Assembly: GCA_964536865.1 (NCBI GenBank) | Contig: CAZHYN010000001.1 | Coordinates: forward strand, 161,824 to 225,823 | From: an uncultured Planctomycetia bacterium | GTDB lineage: Bacteria > Omnitrophota > Gorgyraeia > Duberdicusellales > 4484-171 | Reading direction: 5' to 3' | DNA: 64,000 nucleotides | Shown here: in pieces, positions 48,888-55,845 of the stretch | How the letters are laid out: the number at the start of each line of letters is the position of its first letter | Position numbering within the stretch: position 1 is the stretch's first letter | Translations under genes and position numbers: made by a program | Notes under the pieces: model-generated | Seen by the model: the letters and a program-made list of their open reading frames with translations, nothing else | What the model was told of the DNA's origin: nothing | Database searches by the model: none

Positions 48888-50576
48888 ATGGAGTCTTTAA
48901 GAGAAAGAATACTTAAGGATGTTGTAGAAAGAAAAGGGGTAGATAAGAGTATTCTAGATAGGATTAATAAAGAATCAAAGAATATCTATCAACTGAAAGA
49001 GAATCTCATTAAGAATAACATAGTCAGCGAAGAAGAGATTTTACTTATTTTCTCTAAGGAGCTTAAGATTCCCTTTTTTGATTTGGGGAAATATAAGGTT
49101 TCTTCAGAAAATAAGGAGATAATACCCAAAGAGTTAGCCTTTAAATATAAAGTATTTCCCATATCTAAGATAGGAGAGGTATTAACCTTAGCTACAGCTA
49201 ATCCTCTAGATGTTGTAGCCATTGATGATATAAAGATGGTTTGCTCCTTAAACAGAGTGGAGCTAGTATTGGCGAAGGAGGAGGAGATTATAAGATTCCT
49301 AGATGAGCTTTATTCTCAAGAAAAGATTTTTCCTCTTTTAGAGGAGGCTCCGCAAGATGCAGAGGTTCAAGAGGTCTCTTATAAGGGAGAGGAGAGTTTA
49401 GAGAAAGTTATTAAGGAAAGTAATCTCCCCCCTATTATAAGAGTGGTGGATTTGATTATCTACGAAGGATTAAAGAGGAGGGCTTCCGATATCCATATAG
49501 AGCCTACAGAAAAAGATTTATCTATAAGGTATAGGATAGATGGAGTTCTTCATCATGGTTTGAGTCTTCCTAAGATTAATCAAAATGCTATTTTGGCGAG
49601 ACTGAAGATTATGTCTTCTTTAAATATTACTGAGTTCAGGGTTCCTCAGGATGGAAGATTTAAAATAAAATTTGAAAATAGGGAGATAGATTTTAGAGTT
49701 TCGTCTCTTCCCACTGATTTTGGAGAGAAGATAGTGTTAAGGGTTTTAGATAAAGAGAGCCTCTCCTTAGGGCTCAAAAACTTAGGTTTTTCTCCCAGAC
49801 CTTTAAAGTTATTTGAAGAAGCCTTAAAAGCCCCCTTTGGCATAATTCTTGTTACTGGCCCTACGGGCAGTGGTAAGTCTACCACCCTTTACTCAGTAAT
49901 CACCCAACTAAATACTCCGGACAAAAGTATTATCACTATAGAGGATCCTGTAGAGTATCAAATAGAGGGCATTACTCAAATTCAAGTAAATCCTGAAATC
50001 GGCCTTACCTTTGCTTCCTGTTTAAGGAGTGTATTGCGTCAGTCTCCTGATATAATAATGGTAGGAGAAATTCGAGACTCAGAAACTGCTGATATTGCTA
50101 TTAAAGCTTCTCTTACAGGAGAATTAATATTTTCTACCTTGCATACCAATAACTCTGTGGGAGCAATTACTCGGTTAGTGGATATGGGAGTGGAGCCATT
50201 TTTGGTGGCTTCTTCTTTAATCGCTTCTACTGCTCAGAGGCTAACAAGAAGAGTCTGCCCCAAGTGTAAGGAGGAGTATAAACCCGATAAGGAGCTATTA
50301 AAGAGAATTAACTTTCCTCCTTTTTCAGGGAAGTTATATAAGGGTAAGGGCTGTGAGTTCTGTCATTATACTGGCTATAGGGGGAGGACAGCACTTTTAG
50401 AAGTTTTTTCCTTAGATGATAGTTTAAGAGAGATGGTGGCAAAGAGAGCTAGTGAAGAGGAGTTAACTAATTATGCCCGCAAGCATCGCGATTTTAGCTC
50501 ACTAAAAGAAGATGGGTTTATAAAATGTATTGAGGGGGTATCGAGTTTAGAGGAAGTTTTAAGGGTAGCAGGTTAG
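48888..50576 (+). CDS. Second PilB/GspE-family assembly ATPase, a paralog
   Basis: Walker A GPTGSGKSTT, CPKC...CEFC zinc motif; about 50% identical to the upstream ATPase in the core. Confidence 0.9.
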   Translation: MESLRERILKDVVERKGVDKSILDRINKESKNIYQLKENLIKNNIVSEEEILLIFSKELKIPFFDLGKYKVSSENKEIIPKELAFKYKVFPISKIGEVLTLATANPLDVVAIDDIKMVCSLNRVELVLAKEEEIIRFLDELYSQEKIFPLLEEAPQDAEVQEVSYKGEESLEKVIKESNLPPIIRVVDLIIYEGLKRRASDIHIEPTEKDLSIRYRIDGVLHHGLSLPKINQNAILARLKIMSSLNITEFRVPQDGRFKIKFENREIDFRVSSLPTDFGEKIVLRVLDKESLSLGLKNLGFSPRPLKLFEEALKAPFGIILVTGPTGSGKSTTLYSVITQLNTPDKSIITIEDPVEYQIEGITQIQVNPEIGLTFASCLRSVLRQSPDIIMVGEIRDSETADIAIKASLTGELIFSTLHTNNSVGAITRLVDMGVEPFLVASSLIASTAQRLTRRVCPKCKEEYKPDKELLKRINFPPFSGKLYKGKGCEFCHYTGYRGRTALLEVFSLDDSLREMVAKRASEEELTNYARKHRDFSSLKEDGFIKCIEGVSSLEEVLRVAG

Positions 50577-50583
50577 GAGGAGT

Positions 50584-51789
50584 ATGGTTTTTTTCTCTTA
50601 TACAGTAAGGACAAAGGAGGGTAAAACTGTAAGGGGGAGTTTAGAAGCGGAATCTAAAGAGAAGGCTTTAGAATACCTTCACTCTCAGGGTAATATCATT
50701 TTATCCCTTAAAGAAGAAAAGAAAAAAGTTACCCCGAAAAAAAGAGGAGGGAGAGTTAAAGTTGATGAATTGGTGGTCTTTTCTCGACAGCTTACTACTT
50801 TGATAGAGAGCGGTATTCCTGTGGTAGGAGCTTTAGATATTCTTTGGCAACAAACTACTAATCCTTATTTTAAGGCAGTCTTGGAGGATATTCTGAAGGA
50901 GTTAAGGGAGGGAGCGTCCTTAGCTTCCAGTTTAGCAAAACATCCTAAGGTGTTTCCTGAAATTTATGTAAGCATGGTAGAGGCTGCAGAGACTTCAGGG
51001 AACTTACCTCAGATACTGAATAGATTATCTCTGTATTTAGAGAAGGCGAATGCCTTAAGAAAAAAGATTATTTCCAGTTTAACCTACCCTGCTATTGTAG
51101 TAATAATGGCTATAGGGATAAGTAGTTTCCTTATCTTTAAAATTATCCCTACCTTTAAGGGAATATTTGATACTTTAGGAGGAGATTTACCTCTTCCTAC
51201 TCAGCTCCTGATTGGTTTTGCTGAGTTAGTGAGAAAAAATGTTCTCTACTTGATAGGAGTTTTTATTATTGCACTGGTTGCTTTCTACAGATACATCTCT
51301 ACTCCTAAGGGAAAGAAAATGTATCATAAATTTCTTTTAAATCTTCCTATCTTAGGAGATATAGTAAGAAAGATTAGTATTGCTAAATTTTCTCGCACCT
51401 TTGCTACTCTGATGAAAAGTGGAGTAAATATTACTACTACTCTGAATATCGTAGGCAAAACCAGTGGAAATAAAATTATTGAGGAGGCAGTAGCTAATTC
51501 TAAAAAAGCGATTCAAGAAGGCATTCCTATTTCTAAACCTCTGGAAGAAAGCGGAGTTTTTCCTCCTATGGTGATACGGATGATTGCTGTAGGAGAAAAG
51601 AGTGGGAAGTTGGAGGAGATGCTTTCTAAGATTGCTCAGTTCTATGAGGAGCAGACTGATGCGGTAATTTCCGGGCTTACTAGTTTAATCGAACCTATTG
51701 TTATAGCGTTCTTGGGGATAGTTATCGGAGGTATTGTAGTTGCTCTATTTTTACCCATTATAAAGATAACTCAACTTTTAGGAAGATGA
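50584..51789 (+). CDS. pilC: Type IV pilus / T2SS inner-membrane platform protein (PilC/GspF)
   Basis: Duplicated T2SSF domains, 3 TM segments, typical length. Confidence 0.9.
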   Translation: MVFFSYTVRTKEGKTVRGSLEAESKEKALEYLHSQGNIILSLKEEKKKVTPKKRGGRVKVDELVVFSRQLTTLIESGIPVVGALDILWQQTTNPYFKAVLEDILKELREGASLASSLAKHPKVFPEIYVSMVEAAETSGNLPQILNRLSLYLEKANALRKKIISSLTYPAIVVIMAIGISSFLIFKIIPTFKGIFDTLGGDLPLPTQLLIGFAELVRKNVLYLIGVFIIALVAFYRYISTPKGKKMYHKFLLNLPILGDIVRKISIAKFSRTFATLMKSGVNITTTLNIVGKTSGNKIIEEAVANSKKAIQEGIPISKPLEESGVFPPMVIRMIAVGEKSGKLEEMLSKIAQFYEEQTDAVISGLTSLIEPIVIAFLGIVIGGIVVALFLPIIKITQLLGR

Positions 51790-51798
51790 CTTTAAAAG

Positions 51799-52239
51799 AT
51801 GAAGGATAATTTTACTCTGGTAGAAGTTATGATTGTGGTAGGGATTTTGGTACTTTTAACTGTTCTAGTAGTTCCTAATATTTTAAGAGCCCGCATTACT
51901 GCTAACGAAGTAGGAGCAATTACTTCCTTAAAAACTGTCTTTTCCTCTGCTCAAATTTATAAAAATATCAACTCTGTCTACCCTTCCTCTTTAGGAGATT
52001 TAGGAGATGCTAATCCCCCTTATATTGAGGAAGAGTTAAGCTGTAATGACCAACCTTGTCCCAAACAAGGGTACAATTTCACTCTTACTGGCTCGGAGTA
52101 CTCTTTCTATGCGGTAGCCTCTCCTCAGATTTTTGGCTTCACCGGGATAAGAAGTTTCTACATAGACGAAAATGGCCTAGTTAAGTACTGTGATACCGCT
52201 GATTGTGATCCTTCCCAGGGGATAATCCTTCAAGAGTAG
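51799..52239 (+). CDS. Type IV (pseudo)pilin with a class III signal peptide
   Basis: MKDNFTLVEVMIVVGILVLL: G|FTLVE cleavage and N-methylation motif with Glu5; C-terminal Cys pair. Confidence 0.8.
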   Translation: MKDNFTLVEVMIVVGILVLLTVLVVPNILRARITANEVGAITSLKTVFSSAQIYKNINSVYPSSLGDLGDANPPYIEEELSCNDQPCPKQGYNFTLTGSEYSFYAVASPQIFGFTGIRSFYIDENGLVKYCDTADCDPSQGIILQE

Positions 52240-52256
52240 AGGAGAATTTCTAGCCA

Positions 52257-52285
52257 TTGAAAAATACCTCCAGGTATGCTATATT
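52257..52285 (+). promoter_or_regulatory. sigma70-like promoter (TTGAAA -17- TATATT) immediately after the first pilin gene, driving the structured RNA
   Basis: TTGAAA at 52257-52262, 17-nt spacer, TATATT at 52280-52285. Confidence 0.4.
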
Positions 52286-52291
52286 TTAGGT

Positions 52292-52552
52292 AGACAATCT
52301 TGGGAACGAGAAAGGCAAACTCAGGGTAACCTGGGGACCCGCGAAAGCGGCTATTTACCTAACTGGGTAAATAGGCAAAGCCGTGCGTCCCGCTCTTTCT
52401 AAAACCCAGATTAACAGGGGTTTGAAGTTAAAGTGCATAAGGGATGCAGAGGCAGGTAAACTGCAGGATTTAACTAGAAATATGAAAAGGGCGGGATAGG
52501 CAGGTTGCCGAATTCCTAAAAATACCCAGGTAGGTTATTACCTGGGTTTTTT
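52292..52552 (+). ncRNA. Candidate structured RNA with GEMM-I (c-di-GMP-I riboswitch)-like core motifs, ending in an intrinsic terminator
   Basis: GC-rich island in AT-rich DNA; AGGCAAAC–[TCAGG-GTAA-CCTGG GNRA hairpin]–GGGAC...GCGAAAGCGG (GAAA hairpin)...9-bp hairpin CTATTTACC/GGTAAATAG...GGCAAAGCC; this resembles the GGCAAAC–P2(GNRA)–GGGAC–GCAAAGC core of GEMM-I as I recall the consensus; bounded by the promoter at 52257 and the terminator at 52524-52552. Confidence 0.4.
52524..52552 (+). terminator. Rho-independent terminator (8–9-bp stem CCCAGGTA/TACCTGGG followed by T6)
   Basis: Stem 52525-52532 / 52539-52546, loop GGTTAT, then TTTTTT. Confidence 0.6.
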
Positions 52553-52573
52553 AATAGAGAGGGGGGGTAAATA

Positions 52574-52601
52574 TTGACATTTCTTCAGATTGTGGTATAG
52601 T
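52574..52601 (+). promoter_or_regulatory. sigma70-like promoter (TTGACA -16- TATAGT) upstream of the second pilin
   Basis: TTGACA at 52574-52579 and TATAGT at 52596-52601; RBS AAGGGGGTGAGG before the ATG at 52637. Confidence 0.4.
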
Positions 52602-52636
52602 TAAAAATGGTTTATCAAGAAGAAAGGGGGTGAGGA

Positions 52637-53032
52637 ATGAGGAAAGGTTTTACTTTGGTAGAAATTATGATTGTTGTAGCAATCATCGCCCTTTTGGCAG
52701 CTATTGCTATTCCTAACCTGCTAAGAGCTCGTATCACCGCTAATGAAAGTGCTGCTCAGGCAAACTTAAGAACTATCTCTACTGCTTTAGAAAATTATGC
52801 AGCTGCTAACAACGGAAGTTATGCCACTGACGAGAGTCAACTTACCGATGCTACTCCTCCTTACTTGAATCAATCCTTCTGTGGCAATACTATTCAAGGG
52901 TATACTTACTCTTGTACCCTTGCTGCTACTGGATACACAGTAACCGCTACTCCTGCATCCTGTGGGACGAGTGGAACAAAGACTTATACTATAACAACTG
53001 GTGGTGTTTTATCTTCAGCGGATTGCTCTTAA
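52637..53032 (+). CDS. pilA: Type IV major pilin (PilA-like), a paralog of the 51799 gene
   Basis: MRKGFTLVEIMIVVAIIALLAAIAIPNLLRARITANE class III signal; C-terminal disulfide-loop cysteines; followed by a strong terminator. Confidence 0.85.
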   Translation: MRKGFTLVEIMIVVAIIALLAAIAIPNLLRARITANESAAQANLRTISTALENYAAANNGSYATDESQLTDATPPYLNQSFCGNTIQGYTYSCTLAATGYTVTATPASCGTSGTKTYTITTGGVLSSADCS

Positions 53033-53056
53033 CGAATCAAGGTAGGATATCTTTAG

Positions 53057-53092
53057 CCCCCTCTCTTCGAAAAGAGAGGGGGTATTTTATTT
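53057..53092 (+). terminator. Rho-independent terminator (11-bp GC-rich stem CCCCCTCTCTT/AAGAGAGGGGG followed by a T-run)
   Basis: Stem 53057-53067 / 53072-53082, 4-nt loop, then TATTTTATTT. Confidence 0.7.
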
Positions 53093-53102
53093 AAGAGGAA
53101 AG

Positions 53103-53453
53103 ATGTTAGTTAAAGCTTATACTCTAGGAGAAGTATTGGTGGCAGGAGCAATTATTTTAATTTGTGTAGCTGGTCTTCTTTTTCTCTTTGTTACTTGTAG
53201 ATTTTTAAATGATTTCAACAGTAACCTTGTTACTGCTGCCTCTGATGCGCAAACAGTGCTAGAGCAGATAAAAGATCTTAGCTATTCTCAGATAGGAAGT
53301 TATACTCCTCCTCAGTTTAATCACTTACCTGAGGAAAATGTTACTCTTACAACCTCCTCACAAAATAGATTGACGGAGGTGACGGTAAATGTCAACTGGA
53401 CAGAGAGAGGTCAGAAGAGAACTTTCACACTCAAGACATATTTTTCTCCCTAA
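53103..53453 (+). CDS. Minor pilin / pseudopilin-like protein with an atypical prepilin motif (Ala at -1)
   Basis: MLVKA|YTLGEVLVAGAIILICVAGLL: Glu at +5 and a hydrophobic helix as in class III signals, but Ala replaces the usual Gly at -1. Confidence 0.5.
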   Translation: MLVKAYTLGEVLVAGAIILICVAGLLFLFVTCRFLNDFNSNLVTAASDAQTVLEQIKDLSYSQIGSYTPPQFNHLPEENVTLTTSSQNRLTEVTVNVNWTERGQKRTFTLKTYFSP

Positions 53454-53967
53454 ACTAAAGGGGGTTACTCTAGTGGAAGTTCTCATCGTTACGGCAGTTA
53501 TGTCAACAATTTTTGCTAGTTTATTTTATGTGCTTACACAGGGGTACCTCTCTAATGAAATTGGGTTAGCAAAGCTAAAACTTCAAGAGGAAGCAAGGAG
53601 GGCGATAGAGGTTATAGGAAAGGATGTTCGTCAGACTACGGTAAGTGAAATCAAAAGTAATAATCCTTCCAGCTCTCACCTTAAGTTTCGTATTTATCAA
53701 GATTACTCTGGAGGTAATCCTCAATGGAGTAGTAACTATATCGAGTATACTTATGATGCCAATTCTTATAAACTTCAACGTACCGATTATAACTCAAATA
53801 TTACCACCTACTTTTATAACATAGCTAGCCCCCCTTTTGATGTTGAAGAGTTAATTAACAATAACGAAAATAAAATAAGTATCGATTTAAATATGCAAGA
53901 GACAGTGAAAGGTTCTTTACCGATAAATTTTTCTTTAACAGGAGAGGTGACCATACGCAATGAGTAA
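53389..53967 (+). CDS. Minor pilin-like protein; start uncertain (either a long 25-aa leader from the ATG at 53389 or a non-canonical start near 53440)
   Basis: ...PKLKG|VTLVEVLIVTAVMSTIFASL prepilin motif with Gly -1 and Glu +5; no ATG/GTG/TTG lies between the upstream stop and the motif; the ORF from the ATG at 53389 overlaps the previous gene by 65 nt. Confidence 0.45.
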   Translation: MSTGQREVRRELSHSRHIFLPKLKGVTLVEVLIVTAVMSTIFASLFYVLTQGYLSNEIGLAKLKLQEEARRAIEVIGKDVRQTTVSEIKSNNPSSSHLKFRIYQDYSGGNPQWSSNYIEYTYDANSYKLQRTDYNSNITTYFYNIASPPFDVEELINNNENKISIDLNMQETVKGSLPINFSLTGEVTIRNE

Positions 53968-54862
53968 AAAGGGAGTAGCTCTTCTTTTAGCCCTTTTGAT
54001 TCTAGCAGTTCTAGGTATTCTAGGAAGTTCACTTTTTATAAGTAGTTTAACAGAGAGCAACCTAACGAAGAGAGATATAAGAGGGAAAAGAGCCTTTTGG
54101 GCAGCGGAGTCAGGAATTTCTAAAGGGATAGAAAAGTTAAAAGAATGTGTACAAAGTGGTGATTGCCAGGTAAGCGGGACTATAGATTATGAAAATGAGA
54201 GTTATTCCTATTCTGCTACTATTTCCGTATTAGATAGCCTAAATTATCGTATAGATTCCTCAGGTTCTTTAGGTCAGATAACTAAGAATATTTCTGCAGT
54301 TGTAAGGTTGAGAGATATCGATGCTAATAATTTTCCTTATGCTATAGAAACTGAGGGTCTTTTGGAGATCGGAGGAAATGCTCAGATAACTCCTTCTGAT
54401 AGCACCAAAGAGCAATCATCTTTAGATTTTAATAGTCTGTTTACTTTTACTAAGGAAGAATTAAAGTCTTACGCTGATTACACCTATACGGATCCTCCCA
54501 ATAATATCACTCCTTGTGAGGGCATCACTTGGGTAGATGTATCTCCTGAGGATGAGTTTAGAATAACTTCAGATAGTTGGGAAGGTAGTGGTATTCTTGT
54601 GATTGAAGGCAATGTTAAAATAACTGGAGGGAGATTCCGAGGGATAATATATATTATTGGGGGGCAGTTAGAGGTACCTTTAGAGGTAGCAGCAGGTAAC
54701 CCCATCATAGAGGGAGCTATCCTAGTGGAATGCATACCCACTAGTACTACTCGCATAAGAGGAGATTTTACTTTGAATTATGATCTCGATGCTATCAACG
54801 AAGCTTTGGATAATTTAAGATTTATTGCTCCTCGAATAGTAGCGTGGTGGGAAGGTAGTTAA
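53960..54862 (+). CDS. PilX-like minor pilin / pilus assembly protein (PilX_N-type N-terminus)
   Basis: MSKKGVALLLALLILAVLGILGSSLF resembles the PilX N-terminal domain (RGxALxxALxxLxxLxxLG); large variable C-terminal domain. Confidence 0.55.
   Translation: MSKKGVALLLALLILAVLGILGSSLFISSLTESNLTKRDIRGKRAFWAAESGISKGIEKLKECVQSGDCQVSGTIDYENESYSYSATISVLDSLNYRIDSSGSLGQITKNISAVVRLRDIDANNFPYAIETEGLLEIGGNAQITPSDSTKEQSSLDFNSLFTFTKEELKSYADYTYTDPPNNITPCEGITWVDVSPEDEFRITSDSWEGSGILVIEGNVKITGGRFRGIIYIIGGQLEVPLEVAAGNPIIEGAILVECIPTSTTRIRGDFTLNYDLDAINEALDNLRFIAPRIVAWWEGS
54088..54348. repeat. 261-bp segment 100% identical to 55010-55270 (copy 1, inside the first PilX-like gene)
   Basis: Read base by base; identity begins at AAGAGCC... 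and ends at ...GCTATAGA; the flanks diverge. Confidence 0.9.
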
Positions 54863-54884
54863 AAGAGTTTGGGGTGAATAAAGG

Positions 54885-55769
54885 ATGAGAAAAGCCATCG
54901 CCTTAATTTTTAGCCTTTTAGTAATGGCAGTTCTATTTATAATTGGGCAGTCCTTTTTCACTCAGACCTTAAATGGAAGTAACTTAGTGAAAAGATATGT
55001 AACCTCCTTAAGAGCCTTTTGGGCAGCGGAGTCAGGAATTTCTAAAGGGATAGAAAAGTTAAAAGAATGTGTACAAAGTGGTGATTGCCAGGTAAGCGGG
55101 ACTATAGATTATGAAAATGAGAGTTATTCCTATTCTGCTACTATTTCCGTATTAGATAGCCTAAATTATCGTATAGATTCCTCAGGTTCTTTAGGTCAGA
55201 TAACTAAGAATATTTCTGCAGTTGTAAGGTTGAGAGATATCGATGCTAATAATTTTCCTTATGCTATAGAGAGTCAGGGAGCGATTGAGGTAAAGGGAAG
55301 TGCTCAGATAACTCCTTCTGATAGTAAAAAGGAGAATAGCGATTTAGATTTTAAAAGTTTATTTGGTTTTACTAAGGATGAACTAAAGAGTTATGCTACC
55401 TACTATTACCAGGATCCTCCCAATAATGTGGAGCCGGTTGAGGATATAACTTGGGTGGAGCTCTCTGAAGGAAAAGAACTTAGGATTACTTCTAACAATT
55501 GGGAAGGTAGTGGCATTCTGATAATTAATGGGGATGCTAAAATAACAGGTGGGGAGTTTGAAGGAATAATTTATGTGATTGGAGAGTTGGAAGTGCCTGC
55601 AGGCAATCCTACGGTAGAGGGGACCATTTTGGTAGAAGGAGACCCTTCAGAGACTACAAGTTTGAGAGGTAATTTTGAGTTAGACTACGATACAGAGGCA
55701 ATAGATGAAGCCTTGAATAACTTAAGATATGTGGCTCCTCAAACTGTAGCTTGGTGGCAAACTTATTAG
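54885..55769 (+). CDS. PilX-like protein, tandem paralog
   Basis: MRKAIALIFSLLVMAVLFIIGQSF; the C-terminal half is about 60% identical to the upstream paralog, and an internal 87-aa block is 100% identical. Confidence 0.55.
   Translation: MRKAIALIFSLLVMAVLFIIGQSFFTQTLNGSNLVKRYVTSLRAFWAAESGISKGIEKLKECVQSGDCQVSGTIDYENESYSYSATISVLDSLNYRIDSSGSLGQITKNISAVVRLRDIDANNFPYAIESQGAIEVKGSAQITPSDSKKENSDLDFKSLFGFTKDELKSYATYYYQDPPNNVEPVEDITWVELSEGKELRITSNNWEGSGILIINGDAKITGGEFEGIIYVIGELEVPAGNPTVEGTILVEGDPSETTSLRGNFELDYDTEAIDEALNNLRYVAPQTVAWWQTY
55010..55270. repeat. 261-bp segment 100% identical to 54088-54348 (copy 2, inside the second PilX-like gene)
   Basis: As above. Confidence 0.9.
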
Positions 55770-55811
55770 TACCAGGGGATTAAATTGACTTTTTTCTTAA
55801 TTAATGTAAGA

Positions 55812-55845
55812 TAGTTTAAAGGTGAAATTAGTTTAAAGGTGAAAT
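55812..55845. repeat. 17-bp perfect tandem duplication (TAGTTTAAAGGTGAAAT x2) containing the RBS and GTG start of pilM
   Basis: Copies at 55812-55828 and 55829-55845; the first copy's GTG runs into an immediate TAA. Confidence 0.85.

Noticed and set aside
52292-52552. Housekeeping ncRNAs (RNase P RNA, tmRNA, SRP/4.5S, 6S) as an explanation of the GC-rich intergenic RNA
   Set aside because: None of the universally conserved blocks is present: RNase P GGAAAGTCCGGGCTCC / AGGGTGAAACGGTG, tmRNA 5' GGGG…3' TCCACCA with the tag ORF, or the SRP GGAA/AGCAG domain IV motif. The size and position fit a cis-regulatory element or small RNA better.
52574-52601. Treating the second promoter as proof that the structured RNA is independent of the downstream pilin
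   Set aside because: In a roughly 35% GC genome, -35/-10-like hexamers arise frequently by chance. Read-through from the upstream unit via antitermination remains possible. Both options are therefore kept open in the finding.
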